Shown: one piece after another, positions 41,664-55,900 of the stretch
How the letters are laid out: each line of letters starts with the position of its first letter
Position numbering within the stretch: the first letter of the stretch is position 1
Assembly: GCF_001194135.2 (NCBI RefSeq)
Contig: NC_068985.1
Span: 91,011,128 to 91,075,061 of the forward strand
From: Octopus bimaculoides
Taxonomy: Eukaryota
Length of the DNA stretch: 63,934 nt
Direction of reading: 5' to 3'
Position numbers and translations under genes: made by a program
Notes under the pieces: model-generated
The model's input: only the letters and a program-made list of their open reading frames with translations
Database searches by the model: none
Told to the model about the DNA's origin: nothing

Positions 41664-42080
41664 TTTACTCTTTTACTCTTTTACTTGTTTCAGTCTTTTG
41701 ACTGTGGCCATGCTGGAGCACAGCCTTTAGTCGAGCAAATCGACCCCAGGACTTATTCTTTGGAAGCCTAGTACTTATTCTTTCGGTCTCTTTTGCCGAA
41801 CCGCTAAGTTACGGGGACATAAACACACCAGCATCGGTTGTCAAGCGATGTTGGGGGGACAAACACAGACATACAAACACATACACACATACATATATAT
41901 ATATACATATATACGACAGGCTTCTTTCAGTTTCCGTCTACCAAATCCACTCACAAGGCATTGGTCGGCCCGAGGCTATAGTAGAAGGCACTTGCCCAAG
42001 ATGCCACGCAGTGGGACTGAACCCGGGACCATGTGGTTTGTAAGCAAGCTACTTACCACACAGCCACTCCTACGCCTATA
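41664..42080 (-). mobile_element. tRNA-derived SINE family A, best-preserved full-length copy
   Basis: All family blocks are present, from the (TTTTACTC)n tail to ACCACACAGCCACTCCTACGCCTAT, including B-box complement GGGACTGAACCC. Confidence 0.92.
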
Positions 42081-44928
42081 GGATGTCTACTTTCTTTTTG
42101 AAGATAACTACTACCACCTTATACTGATTTCTCAATTTTTGTGGCAAAAAACTGAAGAGCTGTTGACTTTTGAACCGTAGACTATTGCAGTATCTGTTCC
42201 TGAATTTCGATGGAGTGGATGGTAACTTTGGAATAAGAAAAGGGAGTGTAGTTCAATGTTGAAATTAGGTACTAGCCCTTCTAAAATTTGACCTATTTAG
42301 ATTATTACATATTTCACACGACTTCGCTCCAGGAAGTAAAAGGTGCAGTTTTTTTCAGCCTATCTCTGTAGCTCACCCGCTTCACTATTTCAATCTTTTT
42401 TGGTGTGTTGGTGTTGGACTTCTTCAAGATTAGCAAAACTATAATATTTATTTTTTGTACTACTTAAGGTTTCTTTCCGTCTACATTGACCGACACAAAT
42501 AAGTGAAGGAAATTATTCCTGCGTCAACAGATGTTACTTGTAAAATTGCTAAAAACTTCTTTCACATCTCAGGGAAGGAGTAGGGTTAATTCCATAGTCT
42601 GATTGGAAATGCGTAGCACTTCGACCTAAGTGAAAACTTGTAAATGGTCATTTTGTTTCTGAAGAATGGATATTTTCTAGATGCCTATTAACAGTTACAC
42701 ACGCTATCAAATTGCAAAAGTGCGCGGATAGTGTGTTTATGAGAATGTTTTTAAATCGCCTGAATTGCCAAACATATATCTCATAAGTATTGTTGGTCTA
42801 TTTTCATTATTTTATCATAAAGTTTCAGATGATGCAAACCACTCGTGTCCTTCGTAAGTATTGCAACACGATTGGATGATATTATAAACGTCATTCAGTA
42901 AGATATTTCTTTCCTCAAAAACCACCAAGGATTGTAATAGGCATTCTGTGACAAAAAATACTTCAAGTTGACGAGTAAACGTTAGCAGGTAATCGATCAT
43001 GTGTGAGTAGAAATTCCTTGATCATTTTGCTACTAACATCAAGACTGAAGTGAACCTATGGATAGCAGCATATTGCGCCGCTGCCTGGAATTAGAACCAT
43101 TTTACCAGCAATATAAAGTGTTTATTTGCTATTCATTAATGGATTTTCTTTGCTAGAATATCATAGAACATTTTTCAAATTTCAGTGTAATTTCATAAGA
43201 ATTTAGGTTGATGTCGAATATAATTGATCGTATTTTTGTCGATCCTGGTTGGCCAGGGGCTAAACAATAATACTTATTCACTAAATTGTATATCATTATC
43301 TACCACATTCAACATGTCCATCTTTTAAATTAATAATCCGACAGAAATGCACACAAACCAAACATATTAAAGAAATATTAGACATATATTAGTTTCAAAT
43401 ATTCGAATCATAGTGCAGGAGAATATGCGATTTACTATATATAGCATAATGTCAGCCATTATTCATAAAATTATTCCTCACAACATTAAATGAAAAGCTT
43501 AATATAAAATTAAATTATTCATTATGTGGAATATTTTATGATTCATGAAACATCCAAATACTAAATTAGCAGTTTCTATATTTGTGTTTGCTCTATACAG
43601 AAGTCAAAATAGGTGTTTAAATTCTGCCGCTTATGATGGGAAGTAAAACGTAAGAATGAAACATATACATAACATGAAAAGAAACTGTATGTAGTGTAAA
43701 TAGATAGTAAATGACATTCAAATTTCTTAAATGTTTTACATCATGCATGTAACATGTATTTACGAGGTTATTTCCTTTTGAACTGGAAACACCTTATTTA
43801 TGAAATAAGCGAAATATAAACAAATTTATTCATTGCAATAAATTTGTATTAATACAAATACAAACGCCCAAAGCTATCTGGCATGTCTCTAGGCAACATA
43901 TATGATGAGAGATGCATACATAAGCAAGATTTGGTACGAAAAATGTGCCGTGTATTTATGTAGGAATAAATGTATATATGCATGAATAAATGTTAGATAT
44001 TTAATCAAATTCACGAAACTATTTATTCTGTAAGATATTAAAACACGAAATTTATGCTGGGCTACAATATTGACAGGTGAATTAAAATCAGTTCTCGGTT
44101 TCTTTCGTACATTATTATTTACAAATATCTTTCCTTGAATGAACTTTAGCATAGTTTCGTTCATAATTTCACATTTACTGGCAAAACAAACATTGGAACC
44201 ACTATGTCTTAGATAGAAAATCTCCCCGAGATGTTCATATATGTTTACACGTACACACACACGCACACAACTATGTGTCTAAGTGAAAATATATTTATAC
44301 ACATATGTGAATGTATGTATGTTTGCGTGCATGTGTGTATGTGTCTTTGTGCACGCGCAAGTGTATGTATATACATATATAAACACATATTTGTGAATGG
44401 CTTGTGTGTGAAAAGTGAGAATTAATATTTACTAAAATTGTTGAGGGTAAACAGGGAAATTAATGATAAAAAATCCGAAATATAACATTTTGAAATGCAT
44501 AAATATACGCTTATGTAAGCAGATATCAAACACATACACTCTTTCACGCATGCACGGATTTACACGTGCATATATACATACATACGTGAATACATACATT
44601 CGCCAATATATATAAATTTGAGCGCTACAAAATGTATTCTATATTGAAATTCTCTCCCTCGCTATATATATTCTGTATCTCTCTATTCTGTCTTCCACTA
44701 TTCTATCTCTCCCCTCTTTCTCCCTCTTTATGTATGTGCGTGTGCGTATATATGTCTGCATATATGTATGTGCGTGTGTTTGAACGTATATGTATATACG
44801 TATATCTAAACACAGACAGTCACACACACGTGCACACATATCTATATGTATATACTTATATATACATTTAGTCCTATGCACTCTCATATATATGTCAACA
44901 TACATATATACGTAGAAACAAGCATACA

Positions 44929-44979
<51 letters not shown>

Positions 44980-45049
44980 NNNNNNNNNNTAGTCCTATGC
45001 ACTCTCATATATATGTCAACATACATATATACGTAGAAACAAGCATACA

Positions 45050-45091
<42 letters not shown>

Positions 45092-46548
45092 TAGATATAA
45101 ATAGATATATTCATACTTGTGTACATTCTTGAGTGAAAGCCTTTAGTTAATGTGTGTGTGTTTGTGTATCTTTCTATGCGTGCGTCTGTGTGCACGCTTT
45201 CGCGCGTGTGTGCGTATATGTAATTGTTTGCGTGTATTTCTTAGTGTGTTCGAATCCGAATGCTGTATAAGACAATCTAATTTTATAATGTTGTGTAAGT
45301 AAATGTCATTACATACATCGGCAGTTATTTTGGTGCAGTAAATTTAAATTTTACAAATCTGCTCTCATTTTTATCTTCTTAAAGTTAATTGTATCCATAT
45401 ATTATTCAGATCGGATAGGAATTACTCGGTACTGGGCAATGATTTCTTTTCATTTTTTTAAAAATATGACTTTCACTCCATTGTAATGATTTTCTTGCAG
45501 ATACTCTCTACCAAATCTCAAAAGTACGTTTCGTAAAATGAATAGCAAAACAGCCGTTTTGTATATTCGAACGTGAAGTTAATTGATTGTGAGAGGAATT
45601 TCTCGAGCAATTGTCTACCAACAATTTGTACTGATATATAGGTGCTTGCAACATTAAATATGGATTTGTCATTCTACAAGTACTGACTGAATACGAAACG
45701 TGTTATCAAAGTGATACAGGGTGCAATCACTGAACGTATTGCACTGTCGACCATAGACGGCAGATCCAATCGTATTATTAGGTGAAGTGTAAAACAATTG
45801 CATAGATGTGTTGCTATTTCAGATGTATCCTTCACTGATGAACAAGTCATACAGGTTTAGTTACGTTGATATGTGTATGGGCGTGCATACGTATATAGAG
45901 GGAAATACATATATGCGCGTATCTGAGTATGTTGAATGCATATGCATATAGATATATATATACACAGATATAAATATATATGTATATACACATGTACACA
46001 TGTATATGCAACTATATACACTTGGCTTTATTGTCCCATTTTATTTAACATATACGCGCACACACTACACCCACGTTTGATTCCTCTCTCGTATCAAAAT
46101 AGAACCGAGAGTCTAACTACCGTCCTTTGTAGCACTTACATAGCCTTACCTGTCATCCAGGGTCTACTAAATACCAATAGCACTTATATATAGGAAAGAT
46201 GATTTGAAAATGCAGAGCTTTTTTAAACCAGTTTATTGACTTAAAGTTTTTCATATTTAAAAAACAACATTCAAAGGTAAAATGCAAGGCCTTGTTTAGC
46301 CTTCGTTGTGTTAAAAAAGAAGTTGCTATACAAGGTTGTCATACAGTTTTGAACGTGATCAGAAAATGTTAAGTGGGGTTTTTGTTTAAACAGTTTACAT
46401 AAAATTGTTCAAAACAGGTAGTAAAATAAATTCATAACTATTTGTAAGTTCATCAAAAATCTTGGTAGTATAGAAGAATTTGAAGACAGTATTTGATAGA
46501 AAAAAGCGTGTACTACTTGGTCAAAATATCATCAGAAATCTCCCTCTG

Positions 46549-47290
46549 CTCACTCAAGACCCGAAACTTAACAGCATCCTAAATACACACAAACTACTAA
46601 AATGCAAAAGACAAGACAAATCACTCAAGAGACTCCTAACAAATGCATAACTATACTCAATACATACGATACCAACAGTTAAAACATGTAGTCGACCTAA
46701 TTGTGGTGCATGCCCATACCCAACTGAAGGCTCGGAATTCACATTCCAGTAAAGACAAAAGTTCTCAATTAAGACCATCTTCATATGTGCTTCCCAGAAA
46801 CTTATCTATGTCATAACCTGCTTAGGTTGTGGTCACAGTTATGCGGGTTATACGAGCCCCACTTTGAGATGCAGAATCACGCTGCATAAAGAACAGATTC
46901 GTTTCCCTCAATACAGGCAGATAGCACTGAGCAGACATATCGACAGATGCGCAAGTAATAAAACACCGAATTTTCATATCTTTCCATTTCCCAATGCAAA
47001 GATTCAATCTTAGTACAAGAATGTCTAAGCAAAGAAAACCTCTTCATACAAAAGTACAGACCACACCTCAATATACAAAGTTGTCCATTTAAAAAAAATA
47101 TATATACTAAGGAGCCAGCTGTCCCCCTTGCCATATGTTGCATCCCTTGGTTCACTCTCTAGACATATTCTTATTTTTCAAACATCCAAAATGACGAGAC
47201 CCCACTGTTACGAGAATTGACTACTGTACAACGCTGTACTGTACAACGCCCCTTGAAAAGCTAATTTAGATAGCGAAAACCGGTTCGATT
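46549..47290 (+). mobile_element. Second PLE 3' fragment (GIY-YIG remnant plus 3' UTR with HHR)
   Basis: QDPKLNSILNTHKLLKCKRQDKSLKRLLTNA, TCSRPNCGAC, LIYVITCLGCGHSYAGYT and RHIDRCASNKTPNFHIFPF are colinear with the 3.0-3.5 kb PLE region but diverged from it. Confidence 0.85.
47247..47290 (+). ncRNA. Minimal hammerhead motif with U3-A8 core variant in the PLE 3' UTR
   Basis: UUGAAAA-GCUA(AUUUAGA)UAGC-GAAA-ACCGGU-UC; AACCGGUU palindrome; UUC triplet; stem I poorly formed. Confidence 0.6.
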
Positions 47291-47384
47291 TCACGACAAT
47301 AATATGTATATATTTATAAAATGATATTAAACTATACGAAACGAAGGGAGTTATCTTCCATTTTTTCTCCACATATTTGCAACC

Positions 47385-47416
<32 letters not shown>

Positions 47417-47704
47417 NNNNNNNNNNNNNNNNNNNNNNNNNNNNNNNNNNNNNNNNNNNNNNNNNNNNNNNNNNNNNNNNNNNNNNNNNNNNNNNNNNNN
47501 NNNNNNNNNNNNNNNNNNNNNNNNNNNNNNNNNNNNNNNNNNNNNNNNNNNNNNNNNNNNNNNNNNNNNNNNNNNNNNNNNNNNNNNNNNNNNNNNNNNN
47601 NNNNNNNNNNNNNNNNNNNNNNNNNNNNNNNNNNNNNNNNNNNNNNNNNNNNNNNNNNNNNNNNNNNATATATATATATATATATAAACAAAGCTCTTTA
47701 TAGG

Positions 47705-47790
47705 CCTACACATGTTTCAACTGAACCGATTAATAACCATTGAAATTACAACTCTACTATAATACCGGTGCAGTCTCTTCAGGGTGTGAG
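47705..47790 (-). ncRNA. Hammerhead motif with extended stem II
   Basis: CACC-CUGAAGA-GACUGcACCG(~37 nt loop)CGGUuCAGUU-GAAAC-AUGU-GUA-GG. Confidence 0.5.
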
Positions 47791-47988
47791 TATCAGCTAT
47801 TGACACTTTCATCTGTAACCGGGTTGGTTGGGTGTCTTATAATATGTCCTATTTTATGAAGAGACCTTATTGTCAAATTTTCTCTTTCCTCACCCGAAGA
47901 AAACTTCTTTTTTGCATGACGTATCACTTTTGACCATCTTTAAATAGCACGTCAGAAACAAATGTAGGGAACTGGAATCAACTTACGT

Positions 47989-48021
<33 letters not shown>

Positions 48022-51000
48022 CAAAGAAAGAGAGAGAAGAGAGAGAGGAAGCGGTAGATATACAGAGAGATGTACGATGAGAATCTACGCATATTTTTTA
48101 TATATAGACAAAAGCACGTCTACAAATTTCTACGAATGCACAAATTCGCAATATATAATACACATACCAACACGTATCTTCATGCAGTAATATGTATAAT
48201 ATCTATTTTACGCTCCAAAAATTGTGTGACTGATGTCTGTGGATGTTAAACCTCTAGCAACATTCTTGTCCAATAATTTACAATCTAAATTTTATCTAAA
48301 ATGCTATTTCAGGCTCTCAGAATGGTGGACATAAAATATCTTTTTTCATCTCAGTCGACAAAGGTTAAAACAAATGTGATTCACAATGACACGAATCAAG
48401 ATTAAATTCCCTGCTCCACAGGTATTTTTAAACGTAATAGAAACATTTTGAATTTTCTTGATGTCGTACCATGGTCATATAAATAGACATTCAGTAAACT
48501 AACCGATTAAGATAAAATTGCCTCAATAAAACCATTTATAAAATTTCATTTCAGATAATCAAATATTTACTTCTTTATCTGTCAAAACAGAATATATACG
48601 TTATTTATATAGAAATCAATATTTGTGCAACTTACATATATACTTAATAGTGTTATTTCTGTTAGTTTAGTTTGTTTTGCATACAGTTGTGAAGTGGACA
48701 ATATTGCAATAAGATTTAACCTACAAAATCTTCAATGCTGTCTTCGAATTATTGTTGGACACATAGTGAACTCTTTCTTAAAAACTGATCAATAAGAAAT
48801 ATACGCAATATTGTAGGCTAGGAAGCGTATTTATTTAGCGTACTGGTGGTATTTTTATCATTTATCTTAACAACAGCAACTATAAATGGATGTTTGGCAA
48901 AAAGTTTAACTAAGTGTGTTTCATTGTCGCCAACTTCGAAACGCTCTATAAAAACAAGATACGGTACAATGGCCACCATTGTGACACTATATAAAAATAA
49001 TAATATCAACACAGAGCACTATTAATTTGCTGAAACTCTAAAAAGTTGCCACTACATGCATAGTAATATATACGAGTAGTGATATACAAAGACGAGGTTG
49101 CCATCAATGCTTCCTAACTCGATATCAGCATGCAACGTGAAATACATTTCAATTGAAGAATAAAAATTCATCGACTGCACCCTGATTTCACACATATCTA
49201 ATGAGAAAAGCTGCATGGGTGAACGTGAAAGCGCATGCCTTAGTAAACAGATTTCCGCTGACTGTTGTGAGTTCGATTAATTCAATGAGCCAGACTCTTG
49301 TGTCACACTTAATATCCCCGAGAACAACGTTACATGTACGCATGTTTGTGAAGTGCTCAGCCACTTGCACACTATTTTCACGAGCAGGCTCTTCCGTTGA
49401 TCGGATCAACAGGAACTCTTACTTACCATGCTCTGTCCATTAGACCTTGCTTAAACCCTTACAACTTTTACCCAGGACAGTAAATCACCCTTCTGACTTC
49501 TCTCCACTAATCATATTTTCTCACATGTGCCATTTTATTTGAAATAAACAACGCAGCCAACCCCTAACTATATTTAGTCTGTTTTTTTCCCATTTAGAAT
49601 GATCGAGAAAGCAACCTCCAAATATCTGATTTCTTCCGTCTATCGTTTCATTACGAATTATTATTTGTTTTATCCCTGTATGTTTTTTTCTATCTTCATC
49701 TATACTCCATACAAAAAGAAAATTTTGTCTAACATGCATACATAATTATGTAGATCTGTGTCATATCCATGATATAGAGAGCTATGTAAAAATAGCATGA
49801 TTGTCTTGTGAAGTTTTAAAATCTATCTTCTATTCTAATATATAAATTTAGAATGTTGATTTTTATGGTCTAACTTAGGGAATTTCAAAGAAATAGCTTT
49901 AGCTCTGAATTGAATTCTCAAATTTGCTGATTTAGTTGTTTTATGACTGCGTGTATTGATTAAATTTTTAAAAGTAACATTTTTTTCTCTCAAATCTGTA
50001 GACATTTTTTTATATAATACACATACTTTTCATTTATTTTGTTATTTTTATTTGATGGATCATATTGATTTGTTATTTTGATTTCTTTACTCTCATCCAG
50101 TAGACAGCCTAGACATGCCACTTCTTTCATCTATTGCATTGATGTTTTCCTTGCTGTACAGAATGATGATATTATCATATATAATTTCAGAAACATATTT
50201 TGCCAGTGAGAAGAGACTTAGTTATTCATTTAATTGTTTCTCTGTTATTAAGGGAGGCGATGTTTTAATTGGACTTTAACGCTAGAACGCATCCAATTTT
50301 GATACAGTTGCAGAATTATGTAGAGAGAGATAAAGTGAGATACGAATAATGGATTCGATTATTTGACCGGCAATTTATCGTAATTGACTGCATGAAATAT
50401 AAAGTTGAGTTCTGTGAAAGTTGAAGATATAAGAACAATGCAAGGCTTTCTAAATGTCACCCTAAGAACCCTTCCAAATACGTGCCTTCGTAATCATAAT
50501 ATTGAATAACTTGATCATTAGAGCTTCTAGAAATAACAGGCATATTTCTTTCTCATATCACGTCCTAGTTGATAACTCTAGCACCTTCGAAATATCTATA
50601 CGAATTGAGCGATATGTTGAATGTAATGTCGGGGTGGTCATAGCTGGAAAGCCTGTAATAATTAGTCTCCTAAATGAAACATGAAGCGGAACTAAACATC
50701 TAAAATATTGCAACAGCTACAACAATAACTTATATGAACAGAGGATTCACTGATACATGATATTGATAAACGTATAATGTTGAGCAGGAATCGTTGCAGC
50801 ATGAAAGAGTGATTAGAAGCCATAAATTTGGTGTATATATATATATATATATNNNNNNNNNNNNNNNNNNNNNNNNNNNNNNNNNNNNNNNNNNNNNNNN
50901 NNNNNNNNNNNNNNNNNNNNNNNNNNNNNNNNNNNNNNNNNNNNNNNNNNNNNNNNNNNNNNNNTATATATATTCAGCATATCTCTATATTCCCTTTCAA

Positions 51001-52784
51001 AGAACTCGTGATAATTCTATGTTGTCTTCTTTAGGACTCTGGAGTGATTTTTTGAATTATACATTTCTACATCTAGATTAATTTTCCCTCGGGGTGATCT
51101 GGCAATTCATCCTCTGCTGAAAGCTGCTTCAAAATTCCAAGATTTTCTTCAAATGAAATGGTTCTTTTTAATCTTTTCTTTCGTGTTTGCTATTATTCAA
51201 AATGTGAGTGCATCTTACGTTCGTTTGTAGTTTTTGTTTAATTATGAAGTTTGTCATAATAAGATTTTTTTTTCAATTTGTAGTTCATTTATTGATTACA
51301 TTGAAGTTGTGTTTGATTTTTGTTATTGTGAAATTCATGTCTTTCTTCTATTACACTATTTTCTGTTTTGAATCTATTACAAGTTTAATCGATGTGAATA
51401 ACCAATTTATTCATGTGTCTGAAACTCGAATATCAATAATATGGTTGCAGTCTTTCTACAGATTTCTCCTATAAAAAAAGATACCTTGGTAGCAATTTAA
51501 CTAATGCCAAAAACAAGATTATATTCATCTGTATGTTAAAACTGTAAGTATTCAGAATGTTAATTTTCCAAGTTCTTAATTTTAGGTGCAAACACTACTT
51601 ACATTACATGCAAAACATTAATAATATAGGTCTCAATATTAACTTACATCTTTGTTAACATTTTTATTGAACCGCTGCTCCTACCTGGATGCATGCATAT
51701 AGACACTTTTATATGTTAAAGGAGCCCATGGTAATATTTGCTCCAATATTTGCTCATGTTTAAGCGGACTGCGTGGTGTTTTGTGTAACATCGTAGTGGC
51801 TAAAATCTCACACGTGTGTTTGCATGAACATAGTGTGGTATCCTCAACATCGGCGATTCTTCTTTTCAGTTCTATACTGAATGTGTACATATGCGTAGCA
51901 AAGCACCCGGTCTCATAACTGGATTTAATAGAATACCGTCTGTGGTAGCATTTCTTTTGATATCTTCCTTAACACTTATATTTTACAAACCTGAATTTTG
52001 AAGTCTTGGATATTTATCACGACCATGGTGCTTCTCTCTTTTGATCAAACAATATATTTCGTTTATTTCTTTAATTTGGTAATATTCTGATGTTTTCATA
52101 TGCCGGGCATTTAATATATTATTAAAGGTTTCCTTGTCAATAGTTAGCCTGCATCTTTACTGTGGTTTTGTTCCGCTGTGCATCTTAAGAGTATTTTTGT
52201 TGTGTTGTATAGTCAATTACAATTTCTATTGAATATGTTGCACAACACTAAATTATTTAATTTAAAGGAGATAGTAATAACAAATAGATATTCTTTTCAG
52301 CTTGAAAATGCGCTGAACACCTCGGCACATCAACCAATCAAATACATTTTTAGAGAGCAATCAAATTCAATGTTTAAATTATGCCTCAAGAAAATTTAAT
52401 TAACGATATTGTGATGTTTCGAAAACGTAAGGTGAGTTAATTTAAATTAAAATCAATAGGTTATTTACAATGAATATATGGAAATATTGTGTTAATATTA
52501 CATGTCCTCACATGTTGGATTCTTTAATTAGTGTATCATTAGTTATATATACATAAATCATATAACAGGAAATATGCTAAAAAAATCGTTTTGCATATTC
52601 CCTTTCTATTGTAGTTCAGAACATATTGTGTTTCATGCCAGGTTGGTCGTCAATGAGATGATTCTACGATTTGTATGTGTAAATTATTAGTGGCAATATG
52701 AACTGTTTCCAAAAACCAAATGCATTTTGTGCCTCTTTGTTATCCTACATGAATTAAAAACCTTTTTGTCTTAATATTTATATG

Positions 52785-53172
52785 TTTTATCTTTTACTTG
52801 TTTCAGTCATTTGACAAAGTCATGCTGGAGCACCGCCTTGGGAACCTTTAGTCGAATGAATTGATCCCAGTACATGTTCAGGCAAACAGTTGCATTATAG
52901 TGATGTAAACACACCATCACTGGTTGCCAAGCAATTGTGGGGAATAAACACAGACGCAGACACACATGCGTGCACATACACGCATACACACATCCATACA
53001 TACAGAAATACACATATATACTCAGTATCCACCTACCTAATCCAGTGACAAAGCATTGGTCGGCCCAAGGCTATAGTAGAAAGCACTCTCCCAAGATGCC
53101 ACGCATTGAAATTGAGCTCCAAACAAAGTATGGAAGCAAATTATTTTCAACACAGCCACTCATGTGCCTATA
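52785..53172 (-). mobile_element. tRNA-derived SINE family A, diverged
   Basis: Contains CTTTTACTTGTTTCAGTCATTTGAC..CATGCTGGAGCACCGCC and CACAGCCACTCATGTGCCTATA. Confidence 0.85.
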
Positions 53173-54473
53173 CACTTACCCTATATATATATATACTATT
53201 TAAGTTGACATCTTCATGTTTGTCGCAGAATTTATTTTTGAATATTTTTTTTATAAATCATCGTTATAATCTGAGTGAATATATTTCAGCCGGTGCTATA
53301 GCAAGCTGGATATTCAAGTTCGTGGGAAGACTAACACTGGTGGATGTTAATATTATTATATGTGACATTTAGCAATTCGAACAGTAAAACTATATGTCAA
53401 ATACAGACAGCTCTATATCATCATATTTGCCGGAAAACAAGCTAATCTTACTGTATGAATAACAATTATATAACCTATTACATCTAACAATTGTGTTTTC
53501 TATTCCATTTTGAATACATTTTCTAAACAATAAAATTATATTCAATATAGTTATTTAATGCAACGTTTTGCACATTTTAATAGAAATGTAAATTTTATAC
53601 AAATATGTCCCTGTCTTACCTTGGGGCTGGATTCGTTGTGTAACCCATAGTAAAGAGGAAAGTAAAATTACATCAGTGTTTGCAACGTAAAATTATAGTT
53701 CGGTTGCGTCTTTAATTGTTTTTATTATATATTACAGTTTCTCATTGAGAAAGCAAGTCACGATTTCTTTTAAAATATTTAAACGTTTCCGAAGCTGTCG
53801 CTATAGTAAAGGTTGCTTTAGAGAAAAAAGTAACAACTATATATCTGCTAATGATTATTTGAATGCCACACTTTGAAGCGAATGAGCGTGTAGTTTGTCT
53901 CTGTATTTACTAGACATAGCTGCTCATGTTGGTTGCTTTATACGTTAGCGCCTATAAAAGGAAAGTGATATTGGAAAATCGACGAAGGGAATGTTGTTGA
54001 ATGCATCCCACATCGTTAAAACTGTGTATAAAGATGAACTGCAAAATTGTAGATGTTATAAATGGGGGCAATGTAATGTCTGTTGAAATAAACAATACAT
54101 GACGTAGTTTGAATTTTAATGCATGAATAACACATGGACAATTCAAATTTATTTAAATTTAACATCATCGGAATTCAATGGTTGCCTGTGTAAACTCTAA
54201 GTCATTATAGTTTATACGTAGTGTACGTAGATATTATGTTAATGTGTAATGCATAAGATTAAATTTTAGGATGATTTCAAGATTTCATTATTCAAATCTA
54301 GCTTCCGGCTTATGCGTGGATTCGCGCATATGTTATATAGTTACTAAGTCAAGTGTCTCTTAAGGTTTAGCAGCGATCAATATAGAAATTACTATTATAT
54401 GCAGAAACACAAACGCACGCTAGCTCGTGTCTATACACACACAAACATATGTATGTATCTCTCTCTTTCCCTG

Positions 54474-54510
<37 letters not shown>

Positions 54511-54556
54511 ATATATATATATATATATATATTTATCTATTTGTATATCTATCTAA

Positions 54557-54637
<81 letters not shown>

Positions 54638-54824
54638 GTTCTATATTTAAGAGATGAGGAATTATGTACGTTATTTACTTTATATACAATGGGCGGATAT
54701 TTGTCCTCATCGTGTTTGTTGTTAACACAATGTTTCGGCTGATATACCCTCCAGCTTTCAGCAGGTGTCTTGGGGGAATTTCGAACCTGGGTTCTCGTTC
54801 CTATGGTATTCTTCGATGTTACTA
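54638..54824 (-). mobile_element. SINE family B body and 3' end with a mutated hammerhead (54724-54769)
   Basis: Homologous to the 16.7 and 63.7 kb copies. The core reads CUGCUGA-A-AGCUG..CAGCC-GAAAC-AUU-GUGUU and the element ends CTCTTAAATATAGAAC. Confidence 0.85.
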
Positions 54825-54904
54825 TTCTTCTTCTTCTTCTTCTTCTTCTTCTTCTTCTTCTTCTTCTTCTTCTTCTTCTTCTTCTTCTTCTTCTTCTTCT
54901 TCTT

Positions 54905-54992
<88 letters not shown>
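54825..54992. repeat. Compound (TTC)36(TTA)20 microsatellite
   Basis: Counted from coordinates. It occupies the position of the family B (AAT)n linker. Confidence 0.9.
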
Positions 54993-54993
<1 letters not shown>

Positions 54994-55130
54994 ACACACA
55001 TATACGACAGGCTTCTTTCAGTTTCCGTCTACCAAATCCACTCACAGGTTTTTGGTCAGCCAGAGGCTATAATAGAAGACGCTTCCCAAGGCACTCGCAC
55101 TATACACAGAACCATGTGGTTGTAAAGCAG
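54993..55130 (-). mobile_element. 5' half of a family A SINE
   Basis: ATATACGACAGGCTTCTTTCAGTTTCCGTCTACCAAATCCACTCACA..AGAACCATGTGGTTG matches 41.9-42.05 kb. Confidence 0.85.
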
Positions 55131-55174
55131 ACAGACATGCAGGCAGGCAAGCAGGCAGACAGACAGACATACAT

Positions 55175-55205
<31 letters not shown>

Positions 55206-55758
55206 CCCTACGCACATTGGCTAATATATATAAATATATCTCCATAACATTCAGCTACGTCAGATTCCTATGTTTTATGGCACTAGTCGTGTAGGAACTG
55301 CTTTCTTAAAATGGTACACAATTGTTCCGTTTTCTACTTACTGTATACTTGTTAACATGACTGCTTTCTTGACAGCAAAGTATACTGCCCTTTTTAATAT
55401 TCACTAGTATTTTATTGGGGACTTGAGGTGAGATAAATTTTCGCCAGCAAATACACTAACGGCGCCATTTGAAATCTCATCCGAAGTGAGAGTATATAAC
55501 ATCATCAATAAAAATATGCCCATATATATGTGTTCTTTTTGTTTTGTTTATAGGCGATAACAAAACATGAATATATTATTTATATTTTAATAATATATAT
55601 TATACGTGGCTGATATAAATAATTCAAACATTTACGCATATAAATCTCACGCTTTTCTTTTGCTACAAATTTAGGAAATACATACGACGTTATGTAAACA
55701 GGCATATATTTAGTCTGCACTCATTCAAATATTGTATCTAAATATCCTGTGCAATATT

Positions 55759-55900
55759 GGTTTCAAATGTTGATACAAGGCCAGCATTTTCCGGGCCTGG
55801 TTGTAGGCCAATTCCATCGGACCCAATGCTCAACTGGTAATTACTTTATTGGACCCGAAAGAATGAATGACATCACGGCATTTAAGAACGTAAATATGGA
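55759..55900 (-). mobile_element. Decayed 3' part of another SINE-like repeat (family C)
   Basis: GGTTTCAAAT.TTG..ACAAGGCCAGCA and GACCC.ATGCTCAACTGGTA.TTACTTTAT.GACCCGAAAG resemble a common octopod repeat (from recall) and share a GACCCC/GTACTTAT-like block with family A. Confidence 0.45.

Noticed and set aside
42808-42840. Possible 25-nt micro-exon (TTTCAG..GTAAGT)
   Set aside because: Splice-like signals alone are common in AT-rich DNA and there is no supporting context.
44870-45086. Exact ~75-bp direct repeat on either side of a 10-N gap
   Set aside because: Identical sequence flanking a minimal gap and ending in (AT)n is typical of overlapping contig ends, so it is an assembly artefact.
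54553-55178. ORFs with poly-R/K/S/F/L/I tracts
   Set aside because: They are translations of the (TTC)n(TTA)n microsatellite.
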